NCBI GenBank assembly: GCA_041946805.1
Contig: JBHGBC010000087.1
Location: 1 to 24,470 of the forward strand
DNA from: a bacterium
GTDB lineage: Bacteria > Hinthialibacterota > Hinthialibacteria > Hinthialibacterales > Hinthialibacteraceae
Direction of reading: 5' to 3'
Length of the DNA: 24,470 nt
The notes beneath the pieces were generated by a model that saw only the letters and a program-made list of their open reading frames with translations, searched no databases and was not told the origin of the DNA. Position 1 is the first letter of the stretch; every line of letters starts with the position of its first letter. The position numbers and the translations under genes were made by a program. This document shows, in pieces, positions 1 through 7,462 of this stretch.

Positions 1-22
1 GGCCAAGCCATCCTACGCCATT

Positions 23-64
23 CCCCCTCACCCCCGGCTCCTTTCCCATAAAGGGAGAGTGGAG
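23..64. repeat. REP-like GC-rich hairpin (CCCTCACCCC..CCCTCTCCC-loop-GGGAGAGGG type) just downstream of lepA
   Basis: ccccctcacccccggctcctttccc-ataaa-gggagagtggag; resembles copies at 2298-2331, 2484-2515, 10876-10896, 20505-20538, 23708-23742 and 24328-24356. Confidence 0.55.
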
Positions 65-77
65 AAGAAAGCAGGGA

Positions 78-1871
78 TTAGATATTGAGGATGGCCATGA
101 AGGCTTCCTGGGGGATTTCGATGTTGCCGATGTTCTTCATGCGGCGCTTGCCTTCGCGTTGCTTTTCCAGGAGTTTGCGTTTGCGGGTGATGTCGCCGCC
201 GTAGCATTTGGCCAGCACGTTCTTGCGCAGGGCCTTGACCGTTTCCCGGGCGATGATCTTGGAACCGATGGCCGCCTGGATGGCCACATCGTATTGCTGC
301 CGGGGAACCACCTCGCGCAGTTTCTCGGCCAGGGATTTGCCTTTCTGATAGGCTTTTTCCCGGTGTACGATCACCGACAGGGCGTCCACGGGCGTCCCGT
401 TGAGCAGCATGTCCAGCTTGACCAGGTCGCCCGGACGGAAATCCATCAGTTCGTAGTCGAAGGAGGCGTAACCCCGCGAGATGGATTTCAATTTGTCGTA
501 GAAATCCATGATGACCTCGCCCAGGGGGAACTCGTATTTCATCAACGCCCGGTCGGGGCTGAGGTATTCCAAGCCCTTGTCGATCCCCCGCCGTTCCATG
601 GACAATTTCATGATGCCCCCGATGTAGTCGGGATGCGTGATGATGGTCGCGGTGATGTACGGTTCCCGGATTTCCCGGATCAAGCCGGGGGATGGCAGTT
701 CCGAGGGGTTTTCCACCAACACCACGCCGCCGTTGGTCTTCTCCACTTCGTAGGAGACGTTGGGCGCGGTGGTGATCAGCGACATGTCGAATTCCCGCTC
801 CAGCCGTTCCTGGATCACTTCCATGTGCAGCATGCCCAGAAAGCCGCAGCGGAAACCGAAGCCGAGGGCGGCCGAGCTTTCGGGCACGTAATGAAACGCC
901 GCGTCGTTCAAGCGCAGCTTTTCCAGGCTTTTGCGCAGTTCCTCGAACTGATCGGGATTGATCGGGTAGAGGCCGCAGAACACCATGCTCTTGGGCGCCT
1001 GGTAGCCGGGGAACGGCTGGGTGGCGGGATTTTGTTGGTGGGTGAAGGTATCCCCGATGTGGACATCCGACACTTCCTTGATTCCGGCGATGATATATCC
1101 CACCTCACCGGTTTCGAGGCGGTCCACTTTCACCATCTTGGGCGTGAAAATGCCCAATTCCTCGATTTCGTAGCGCTCGCCGGTTCCCATGAGAAGCACG
1201 GGGTCGCCGGTCGCGAACGAGCCGTCCAATACCCGGACATAGGCGATGGTTCCCCGGTACATGTTGAATTCGCTGTCGAAGACCAGCGCCCGCGGGGGAT
1301 GTTGGGGATGGCCGGCCGGTGGCGGCACGCGTTTGACGATGGCTTCCAGAATCTCGGGGACGCCGGCGCCCACCTTGGCGCTGGCCCGGAGCACTTCGTT
1401 CTCCGGGCTGCCGATAAGTTCATGGATCTGGCGCATGACCCGGTCGGGATCGGCGTTGGGCAGGTCGATTTTGTTGATCACGGGGATGATATCGACATTG
1501 ACGTCGAGTGCCTTGTACAGGTTGGCGACGGTTTGCGCCTCGATGCCCTGGGCGGCGTCCACCACCAGCACCGCGCCCTCGCAGGCGGCGAGCGCGCGTG
1601 ACACTTCGTAGGTGAAGTCCACGTGCCCCGGGGTGTCGATCAAGTTCAGCTGATAGGTCTGGCCGTCCCGCGCCGTGTATTTGATCCGGACCGCCTTGGC
1701 CTTGATCGTGATTCCCCGTTCCCGCTCCAGGTCCATGCTGTCCAGAAACTGGGCGCGCATCTCCCGGCCGGGCACGCTGGCCGTGAGTTCCAGAATCCGG
1801 TCGGCGAGGGTGCTCTTGCCGTGATCGATGTGGGCGATGATCGAAAAGTTACGAATGAATTTTTGGTTCAT
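78..1871 (-). CDS. lepA: Translation elongation factor 4 (LepA), 597 aa
   Basis: [65 protein letters not shown]-terminal [25 protein letters not shown]; start moved to the ATG at 1871 because the upstream extension runs through repeat DNA. Confidence 0.98.
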   Translation of the reverse strand: MNQKFIRNFSIIAHIDHGKSTLADRILELTASVPGREMRAQFLDSMDLERERGITIKAKAVRIKYTARDGQTYQLNLIDTPGHVDFTYEVSRALAACEGAVLVVDAAQGIEAQTVANLYKALDVNVDIIPVINKIDLPNADPDRVMRQIHELIGSPENEVLRASAKVGAGVPEILEAIVKRVPPPAGHPQHPPRALVFDSEFNMYRGTIAYVRVLDGSFATGDPVLLMGTGERYEIEELGIFTPKMVKVDRLETGEVGYIIAGIKEVSDVHIGDTFTHQQNPATQPFPGYQAPKSMVFCGLYPINPDQFEELRKSLEKLRLNDAAFHYVPESSAALGFGFRCGFLGMLHMEVIQERLEREFDMSLITTAPNVSYEVEKTNGGVVLVENPSELPSPGLIREIREPYITATIITHPDYIGGIMKLSMERRGIDKGLEYLSPDRALMKYEFPLGEVIMDFYDKLKSISRGYASFDYELMDFRPGDLVKLDMLLNGTPVDALSVIVHREKAYQKGKSLAEKLREVVPRQQYDVAIQAAIGSKIIARETVKALRKNVLAKCYGGDITRKRKLLEKQREGKRRMKNIGNIEIPQEAFMAILNI

Positions 1872-2214
1872 GGATTTGTAATGGGAGAAGTATATTGGTT
1901 CCTTTCCGCCGGAACAATCCCAAGCCGCGGAAATTTGGGTGTTTTTAAAATTAATTCTCCTTTGGAATTTCCAGGATGGGCGGACATCACTCCCGCCGGG
2001 GGAGAAGATAATCCCGCATCCCGGGGCGGCCGCGCTTCCGTTCCGGGGGGGAAGCGTATTTCGCAAACCTCCTTCGGATGTCCTCACCGTGGAGGGGGGA
2101 CGCCGGAACATTTCCGGATCATCTTCCGTTGGTCCAATGCCTGGAGGGGCATTTTCCATTCCGGGATTGATGAAGGTCCGGGTGCTAGGGATCATCCAGC
2201 CAGTGAGTATTTTT

Positions 2215-2423
2215 GGTTCATCCGGCCAGTGCGTACTGTTCATCCAGTGGCCAATTCGCGGCTCGTGGAAGTGACCGATGAAAACCACTCCCCAAATCCC
2301 CTCTCCCTCTGGTAGAGGGCCAGGATGAGGGAATTGAGGCAGGTGCGGACCAGGAAGTCCGCCCACATCCCGGGTGGATGGAATCAATTTGACAACATCC
2401 GGTACGCACGGATCGGATGAACC
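2215..2423. mobile_element. MITE-like non-autonomous element, 209 bp
   Basis: 22-bp TIRs GGTTCATCCGGCCAGTGCGTAC (2215-2236) and GTACGCACGGATCGGATGAACC (2402-2423), 19/22 complementary; flanks GTATTTTT (2207-2214) and GAATTTTT (2424-2431) match 7/8; internal REP-like hairpin; no transposase. Confidence 0.65.
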
Positions 2424-2474
2424 GAATTTTTTTCAAAAGGGGTGACCGGCATCCAACCGGGCAGATCCAGGAGC

Positions 2475-2606
2475 TCTCCATTTCCTCTTTTTTGGGGAGA
2501 GGATTGAGGTGAGGGATTTTTTTTCAAGGGAACGGCCTGTCCATCCGGACAGCGGGAGGAGATGGATTCGATCTGGGGCCATCCAGTCCGTGCAGTCCGG
2601 ATGAAG
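2475..2606. repeat. Degenerate direct copy of the right part of the 2215-2423 element
   Basis: REP-like hairpin ending GTGAGGG, then GATGGATTCGATCTG (vs GATGGAATCAATTTG) and CATCCAGTCCGTGCAGTCCGGATGAA (vs CATCCGGTACGCACGGATCGGATGAA) in the same order. Confidence 0.5.
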
Positions 2607-2829
2607 GCCGTAAAGCAAGAAACGCAATTATAATGTATGTTAATCGTTGAGTGGAGGCGGAGCTGAGGGTGTCGCGTATCCTGGTTTTTGCGCAAGCAGG
2701 CGCGGGAGAAGAAGTTCCATGCCGTCCAATTTGTACATGGATTCACGATAGCAGGAAGGGAGAAGCCAAGCCGATTTCCGGGAATGGACAAACCTCCAGA
2801 AAAAACGGATTTGGGGGTTGCATTTTGAT

Positions 2830-2858
2830 TAGACAGATGAGAACCTTTCGACTATACT
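2830..2858 (+). promoter_or_regulatory. Putative sigma70-type promoter
   Basis: TAGACA (2830-2835), 17-nt spacer, TATACT (2853-2858); each hexamer 5/6 to consensus, in an AT-rich intergenic stretch. Confidence 0.5.
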
Positions 2859-3274
2859 GTTAGATTGGTTTACCCGGGAGGAGGGGGAAATCAAGAGGTT
2901 GAAACAAATTTTGGTTATTTTAAATTCGAGACAGTTTGTGGTTGAAGGAACATGGTATTATGCGGGCGCGGGGCGTCCTTGTTTTTCTGGATTTGCAGTT
3001 GTGGGATGAAGGATTTATGTTATGGGCCTGATCAAATCCAAGTCCTGTTTTCATTCTGGTTTCCACAAACACGCATACCAAATTCATGAGCGCAACGAAT
3101 GAGGGACGGACCATCCGGGAGAAGCATGAATTGCAGGTGAGTGGGCATTTTTGTGTTTATCACGATCCCATGCCGTGAATGGGCTCCTTCACCACATCCA
3201 TGGAACGGTTCATCGTGGCAAGCGGAGTTGAGGGAATGCGGTGTAACGCATGGATCAAGAGTGAAAAAGGAAGA

Positions 3275-5638
3275 ATGAAAATGGCGGTCAAGGATGTGTT
3301 GATGAAATGTTGGCGATACAGTTGGATTGTGTGTTGTCTGTGGACCATAACCGAAGGGCAAGCCGTGACCTATTACGTGGATTCCGTGGACGGGAACGAC
3401 GCCTATGACGGGAAATCCCAATCCGCGCCGTGGCGGTCGATCGAGAAGGTGAACGCCGCCAAATACAATCCCGGCGACAACATCCTGTTCCGGCGCGGGC
3501 GCGTATGGCGGGACTATCTGCGGGTTTCGTCCCCCGGCGCCACGTCGGCCCGGATCACCTATGGGGCCTATGGCAGCGGGGCCAAGCCCATCATCAATGT
3601 GATGGAAGACATCGCCGGCTGGACGGGCAGCGGCAATTGGACGGGGGTTGGCGGCGGGGATACCGTCACCACGGTTCAGAACGTGTTCGAGTCCTATTTC
3701 GAGACGGGCAATTTTTCCGAGTGGAGCCAGGAAGTGGATGAGGGGAACGATCTCTTCATCACGTCCAATCCGAAATACAGCGGAAATTACGCGGCGTATT
3801 TCCGATATGATGATCTGATTCCGGAGTATTTGCAGAAGAATTTCGATCAGATCCAGGAAGGCAGTGTGACCGTGTGGGTGCTGGCCGATGTCTACGACAC
3901 CTGGACCAACATGTCCAGCACGATCCTCCGCTTGCTTTCACCCTCCGGCGTCGAGTGGATGAACGGCGCCATCAAGAAAGTGGGGAGCGAAATCCAGTTT
4001 TTCAACCGCTTCCGGATCTGGGGCGACTGGAACATGAGCCCTTGGATCAAACTGACTTCCGATACGAAATGGCACAAGATCGAGGTCCAGTTCAAGATTC
4101 ACAACACCGACGGTTATCACAAGATTTACATCGATGACACGCTCGTTCACAGTTCCTACGGCCTGGACACCAACGCGGTGAGCGGGCAGGGGGTGGCGCA
4201 GCTGCAGATCGGCCCTTCCATCAGCCTGCGATCCGGCACTTCGGGCGACCTGTTCATGGACAATGCGCGGGTGACCGGCACGGTGACCCAGACCCTCAGC
4301 GGCCCCAAACTGTGGTACATCAATCTGAATTACAATCCCGGCCGCCTGTTGCTGTCGGGCGCGGAGTATCCCCGGGCGCGGACGCGGGACGACGTGAACG
4401 AGACCTCCCGCTGGTACTATGACAGCGCCGCCAAGCGGTTGTATGTCTACGCCTTGTCCAATCCCGCATCCTATTATACCAGCATGGAGTTTCCGGGGCA
4501 CAGATCGTATGTGGTTTACGTTCCCCCCTACGACTGTGTCACGATCCAGAATTTGGATCTGCGGGGCGGGTATGTCGCGGGGATCATGGTCAACGGGGCC
4601 GATTATCTGATCATCGAGAACTGCGAAGCCGGCCTGTACGCGGGGCGTTTCGGCATCATGGCGTTGCACAACGCGCCGGTGACCACCACCTGCAACCGGG
4701 GGGTGATCCGGAACTGCGTGGTGGATTCCGGCCAACGGTTCAAGATGGATTACTATTCGAACTCCCTCGAGGATGGCATCAAACTGTTCAATGGCGCCAA
4801 TTACTGGGAAGTGTACAATAACACCATCAGCGACTGGGGCCATACCGGCATTTTGATCTCCACCACCGACACGCGGTACACCACCTCGTACAACAAGATC
4901 TACTCGAACACGGTGACCGCCCGCAACGTGGACTATTGCCGCGGCATCAGCACCGAGGGCCTGCCCGGAACCTGCCGCTATAACGAGATCACCCGCAACC
5001 TGGTCCGGGATACCACGGTGCGGAACCAGATCAACGGCGAATACAACCTTTTCGCGTACAACCTCATCGACACGGTGCGCAACGTGGCCTACCGGACCAA
5101 CGGCACCGGCCAGGGGATCAGCCTCGAGGGATACGACGGTTTTGCCTGCAACAACAACGGCATTTACAATAACGTCATCCTCAATTGCGATGAACCGGGC
5201 ATCCAGGTGTGGGGCTACAGCGGCACCACCAACAAGTATGGCAACAAGTTCATCAACAACCTCGTGTTCGATTGTGGAAAGCATTCCATTCAGAATTACG
5301 CCGGCATGGGGATCGTCATCGAAGACCACAGTTCCGTGGATGGCAACACCTATCAGAACAACCTGGTTTACAATCCCGGGTACACGAACACAATCTTTTA
5401 CCGGGGCGAACGGATTCCCGTCTCCACGTTCAATTCGCGCAACGGGCAATACTCTGACACGATCGGTGGCAACCTGGCCGGCAATCCCTTGTTTGTCAAC
5501 GTGAACGGGGGGGATTATCACCTGCAGGCCGGTTCCCCGTGCATCAACGCGGGGCGCAACGTGGGTTTAAGCATCGATTATCCCGGCACGTCGGTTCCCC
5601 GGGGATCGGCTCCGGAAATCGGCGCGTTTGAATATTGA
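3275..5638 (+). CDS. Secreted right-handed parallel beta-helix (pectin lyase-like fold) protein with an inserted LamG/concanavalin A-like domain and a choice-of-anchor Q-like C-terminus
   Basis: Signal peptide ending EGQA; TYYVDSVDGNDAYDG..PWRSIEKVN..PGDNILFRRG..ITYGAYGSGAKPI N-cap; Asn-rich beta-helix repeats; C-terminal GDYHLQAGSPCINAG..APEIGAFEY; AAGGA upstream of ATG 3275 (3281 or 3302 also possible). Confidence 0.85.
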   Translation: MKMAVKDVLMKCWRYSWIVCCLWTITEGQAVTYYVDSVDGNDAYDGKSQSAPWRSIEKVNAAKYNPGDNILFRRGRVWRDYLRVSSPGATSARITYGAYGSGAKPIINVMEDIAGWTGSGNWTGVGGGDTVTTVQNVFESYFETGNFSEWSQEVDEGNDLFITSNPKYSGNYAAYFRYDDLIPEYLQKNFDQIQEGSVTVWVLADVYDTWTNMSSTILRLLSPSGVEWMNGAIKKVGSEIQFFNRFRIWGDWNMSPWIKLTSDTKWHKIEVQFKIHNTDGYHKIYIDDTLVHSSYGLDTNAVSGQGVAQLQIGPSISLRSGTSGDLFMDNARVTGTVTQTLSGPKLWYINLNYNPGRLLLSGAEYPRARTRDDVNETSRWYYDSAAKRLYVYALSNPASYYTSMEFPGHRSYVVYVPPYDCVTIQNLDLRGGYVAGIMVNGADYLIIENCEAGLYAGRFGIMALHNAPVTTTCNRGVIRNCVVDSGQRFKMDYYSNSLEDGIKLFNGANYWEVYNNTISDWGHTGILISTTDTRYTTSYNKIYSNTVTARNVDYCRGISTEGLPGTCRYNEITRNLVRDTTVRNQINGEYNLFAYNLIDTVRNVAYRTNGTGQGISLEGYDGFACNNNGIYNNVILNCDEPGIQVWGYSGTTNKYGNKFINNLVFDCGKHSIQNYAGMGIVIEDHSSVDGNTYQNNLVYNPGYTNTIFYRGERIPVSTFNSRNGQYSDTIGGNLAGNPLFVNVNGGDYHLQAGSPCINAGRNVGLSIDYPGTSVPRGSAPEIGAFEY

Positions 5639-5683
5639 ACGCCGGCCGGATCTGGCGGTCCGGACCGGCCACGTGGGATTCGC

Positions 5684-5717
5684 GGGGGCGGAGCGGCGGC
5701 TCGGCCCCCTTGGTTTT
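5684..5717 (+). terminator. Putative intrinsic terminator of the beta-helix gene
   Basis: GGGGGCGGAGC-ggcg-GCTCGGCCCCC (10/11 pairs) followed by TTGGTTTT. Confidence 0.5.
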
Positions 5718-5732
5718 CAGGAAGCCGCGGGG

Positions 5733-5772
5733 AAAAAAAGCGGCAACCAGCCCAGGGAAGCAACCGGTTGCC
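5733..5772 (-). terminator. Putative intrinsic terminator of the curli locus
   Basis: Minus strand reads GGCAACCGG...CTGGTTGCC-GC-TTTTTTT, about 65 nt after the csgB-like stop. Confidence 0.5.
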
Positions 5773-5837
5773 CAATCGTCTGTGACAAAGATATGGGATC
5801 ATGAAGAAATCGAAGCCGGAATGGGGGATAGGCCGGA

Positions 5838-6737
5838 TCATTCCAGGCCTTGCGTGATGATGACGGGCACCCCCTCGCCGGTTTGCGTGATCGAATACGA
5901 ATTCAAGTTTCCGTATTGGTACGACTCGAAGACATTGTTACCGCTCAGTTGCCGCACGAAGACCGAGTTGAAGCTGCCTTCCTGGTATTGATAGGCCTGG
6001 TTGTCTTCGCCTTGCTGCTCGATCACCGCCAAGTTGCTGGTCCCCTTCTGGATTTGTCCCGCCTGGTTGCCCCCGCCGTCCTGCTTGATATTCGCCTGGT
6101 TGAAATGGCCGGTCTGGATCTGCGTGGCCTGGTTGTGATCTTGATACTGCAGGATCTTGGCGCTCTGGCCGCCGCCCGACTGGGTGGTGGCGGCGGAGTT
6201 GTCGTGGCCGTATTGTTGGTGATCGGCGTTTTGCAGAGACAGGATGGTGAGGGGATTGTCCTGTTGGATTTCCGACTCGTTGCCGTTGCCTTGCTGCATC
6301 TGCAAGGCCTGGTTCAGATTGGACCGCTGGACCAGCCGGGCGGAGTTCGCGTCGCCCACTTGGTCCTGCCGGGCGGAATTGTTCTGGGTTCCCCGTTCCT
6401 GGGTGATGGCTTGTTCGATCGAGGCGGTGTTGCCGTGGCCGTGCTGGTATTGGCGGGCCTCGTTGTGAAAGAGAAGGAGGCCGCCCACCTGCTGGATGTA
6501 CGCCGCGTTGCCGGTTCCGATTTGCTGGATATCCGCCTGGTTGCGGGTTCCGCGCTGCTCGGCGAGGGCTTGGTTGTCTGACCCGGCCTGCCGGATTTGC
6601 ACGTTGTTCTGTTGGCCGGTTTGCGAGACCTGGCTGGTGTTCCGGTTCGATTCCGCCGCGCGGGGAAGATCCACCCCGTACGCGAGCAGGGCGGTGATCA
6701 GGAACAGCCGGAAAGAGTGTGCGTGGAATCCAAGCAT
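5838..6737 (-). CDS. csgB: Curlin-repeat protein, probable minor/nucleator subunit (CsgB-like), 299 aa
   Basis: Signal-like MLGFHAHSFRLFLITALLAYG; about 23 N-x-A-x-x-x-Q-x-G strands (NQALAEQRGTR, NQANIKQDGGG); CsgB-style end SITQTGEGVPVIITQ; A versus B assignment is inferred. Confidence 0.8.
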   Translation of the reverse strand: MLGFHAHSFRLFLITALLAYGVDLPRAAESNRNTSQVSQTGQQNNVQIRQAGSDNQALAEQRGTRNQADIQQIGTGNAAYIQQVGGLLLFHNEARQYQHGHGNTASIEQAITQERGTQNNSARQDQVGDANSARLVQRSNLNQALQMQQGNGNESEIQQDNPLTILSLQNADHQQYGHDNSAATTQSGGGQSAKILQYQDHNQATQIQTGHFNQANIKQDGGGNQAGQIQKGTSNLAVIEQQGEDNQAYQYQEGSFNSVFVRQLSGNNVFESYQYGNLNSYSITQTGEGVPVIITQGLE

Positions 6738-6749
6738 AGCCTTTGCCGA

Positions 6750-6771
6750 AATCAGGATGGCCGGGATGAAC
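6750..6771 (+). repeat. Extra partial copy of the GxxExxY-flanking repeat arm
   Basis: AATCAGGATGGCCGGGATGA (6750-6769) is 19/20 identical to 6791-6810. Confidence 0.75.
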
Positions 6772-6786
6772 TTCTGACGCTTTTTG

Positions 6787-6830
6787 TCTGAATCAGGATG
6801 GCCAGGATGACCAGGATGACCAGGATAAAA
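6787..6830 (+). repeat. Left inverted arm of the GxxExxY cassette (four CAGGAT units at 9-bp period)
   Basis: TCTGAATCAGGATGGCCAGGATGACCAGGATGACCAGGATAAAA; CAGGAT at 6794, 6803, 6812 and 6821. Confidence 0.92.
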
Positions 6831-6862
6831 AGAATAATGAGTATGAAAAGTTGTTCGAGGCG

Positions 6863-7234
6863 TCATTTTTTTCGAAAAAGCCTCTTAATTTCCAATTTGG
6901 CAGCACCGAAGTTCAAGATCAGTCCCGTATCCAGTTGATAAGCGGTAAGGTAATTCAATCCTTGCGCCAGATGAACGTCCTCCAATTGGAGTATGGCTTT
7001 CAACTCGACCAGGACACGATTATCGATCCAGAAATCCGCCCGTCGCGCGCCAATAACCTGACCTTTATAAAAGATGGGCATTTCTTGTTCCCGGGCGTAA
7101 TCGAGCCGGGCTTCTTGGAATTCGATCTCCAGGGCTCTCTGATAGATGACCTCTTGAAACCCGTTCCCCAATTCATTATGGACATTCATGGCGCAGCCGA
7201 TTATTTTATGAGGGAGCCGATTATCGAGATCCAT
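6863..7234 (-). CDS. GxxExxY family protein (PD-(D/E)XK nuclease superfamily), 123 aa
   Basis: IIGCAMNVHNELGNGFQEVIYQRAL (G-F-Q-E-V-I-Y), RADFWID, VLVELKA, AQGLNYL, GLILNFG. Confidence 0.92.
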   Translation of the reverse strand: MDLDNRLPHKIIGCAMNVHNELGNGFQEVIYQRALEIEFQEARLDYAREQEMPIFYKGQVIGARRADFWIDNRVLVELKAILQLEDVHLAQGLNYLTAYQLDTGLILNFGAAKLEIKRLFRKK

Positions 7235-7318
7235 TGGTTTGATGGATTGTTTCTAATAACGTACCGCCTGCTTCTTTGACTTCCCTCTCCGCTCCATGAG
7301 GCATCCGTCCTGAAGATC

Positions 7319-7362
7319 TTTTATCCTGTATATCTTGTTCATCCTGGCCATCCTGATTCAGA
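7319..7362 (-). repeat. Right inverted arm of the GxxExxY cassette
   Basis: Reverse complement TCTGAATCAGGATGGCCAGGATGAACAAGATATACAGGATAAAA; outer 24 bp identical to the left arm, 39/44 overall. Confidence 0.92.
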
Positions 7363-7371
7363 TATTTTTCC

Positions 7372-7421
7372 CCGCGGGAACCGCGGCGGGCAACCCGGCG
7401 GATGGTTCCACCGGATTGCCC
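7372..7421 (-). terminator. Two GC-rich hairpins downstream of csgA (mRNA-stabilising or partial terminator)
   Basis: Minus strand GGGCAATCCGGTGGA-acca-TCCGCCGGGTTGCCC (15-bp stem with two G-U pairs, 7388-7421) plus CCGCGG-ttc-CCGCGG; no U-tract. Confidence 0.5.
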
Positions 7422-7462
7422 CACGGATACAGGCCCATGCTAGATGCAAGTGGTCATTCGTT

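Noticed and set aside
159..1601. 480-aa plus-strand ORF, and similar long ORFs at 3938-5521, 7673-8467, 19314-20480, 20560-21687 and 22051-23535
   Set aside because: Antisense or alternate-frame shadows of well-supported genes, with no recognisable motifs.
1872..2387. 172-aa N-terminal extension of LepA in the ORF track
   Set aside because: It runs through MITE and REP-like DNA; the conserved LepA sequence begins at ATG 1871.
2384..3421. Short ORFs between lepA and the beta-helix gene
   Set aside because: No motifs, atypical composition, and they overlap repeats or promoter-like DNA.
6750..6830. Possible CRISPR array
   Set aside because: 9-bp tandem units with no unique spacers, and no cas genes in the window.
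6738..6866. N-terminal extension of the csgB-like ORF containing HPGHPGHPD
   Set aside because: It is the translation of the 9-bp repeat arm; the signal-like sequence starts at 6737.
7221..7424. 67-aa ORF with NQDGQDEQDIQD
   Set aside because: It is the translation of the right repeat arm and hairpins, and is out of frame with the GxxExxY gene.
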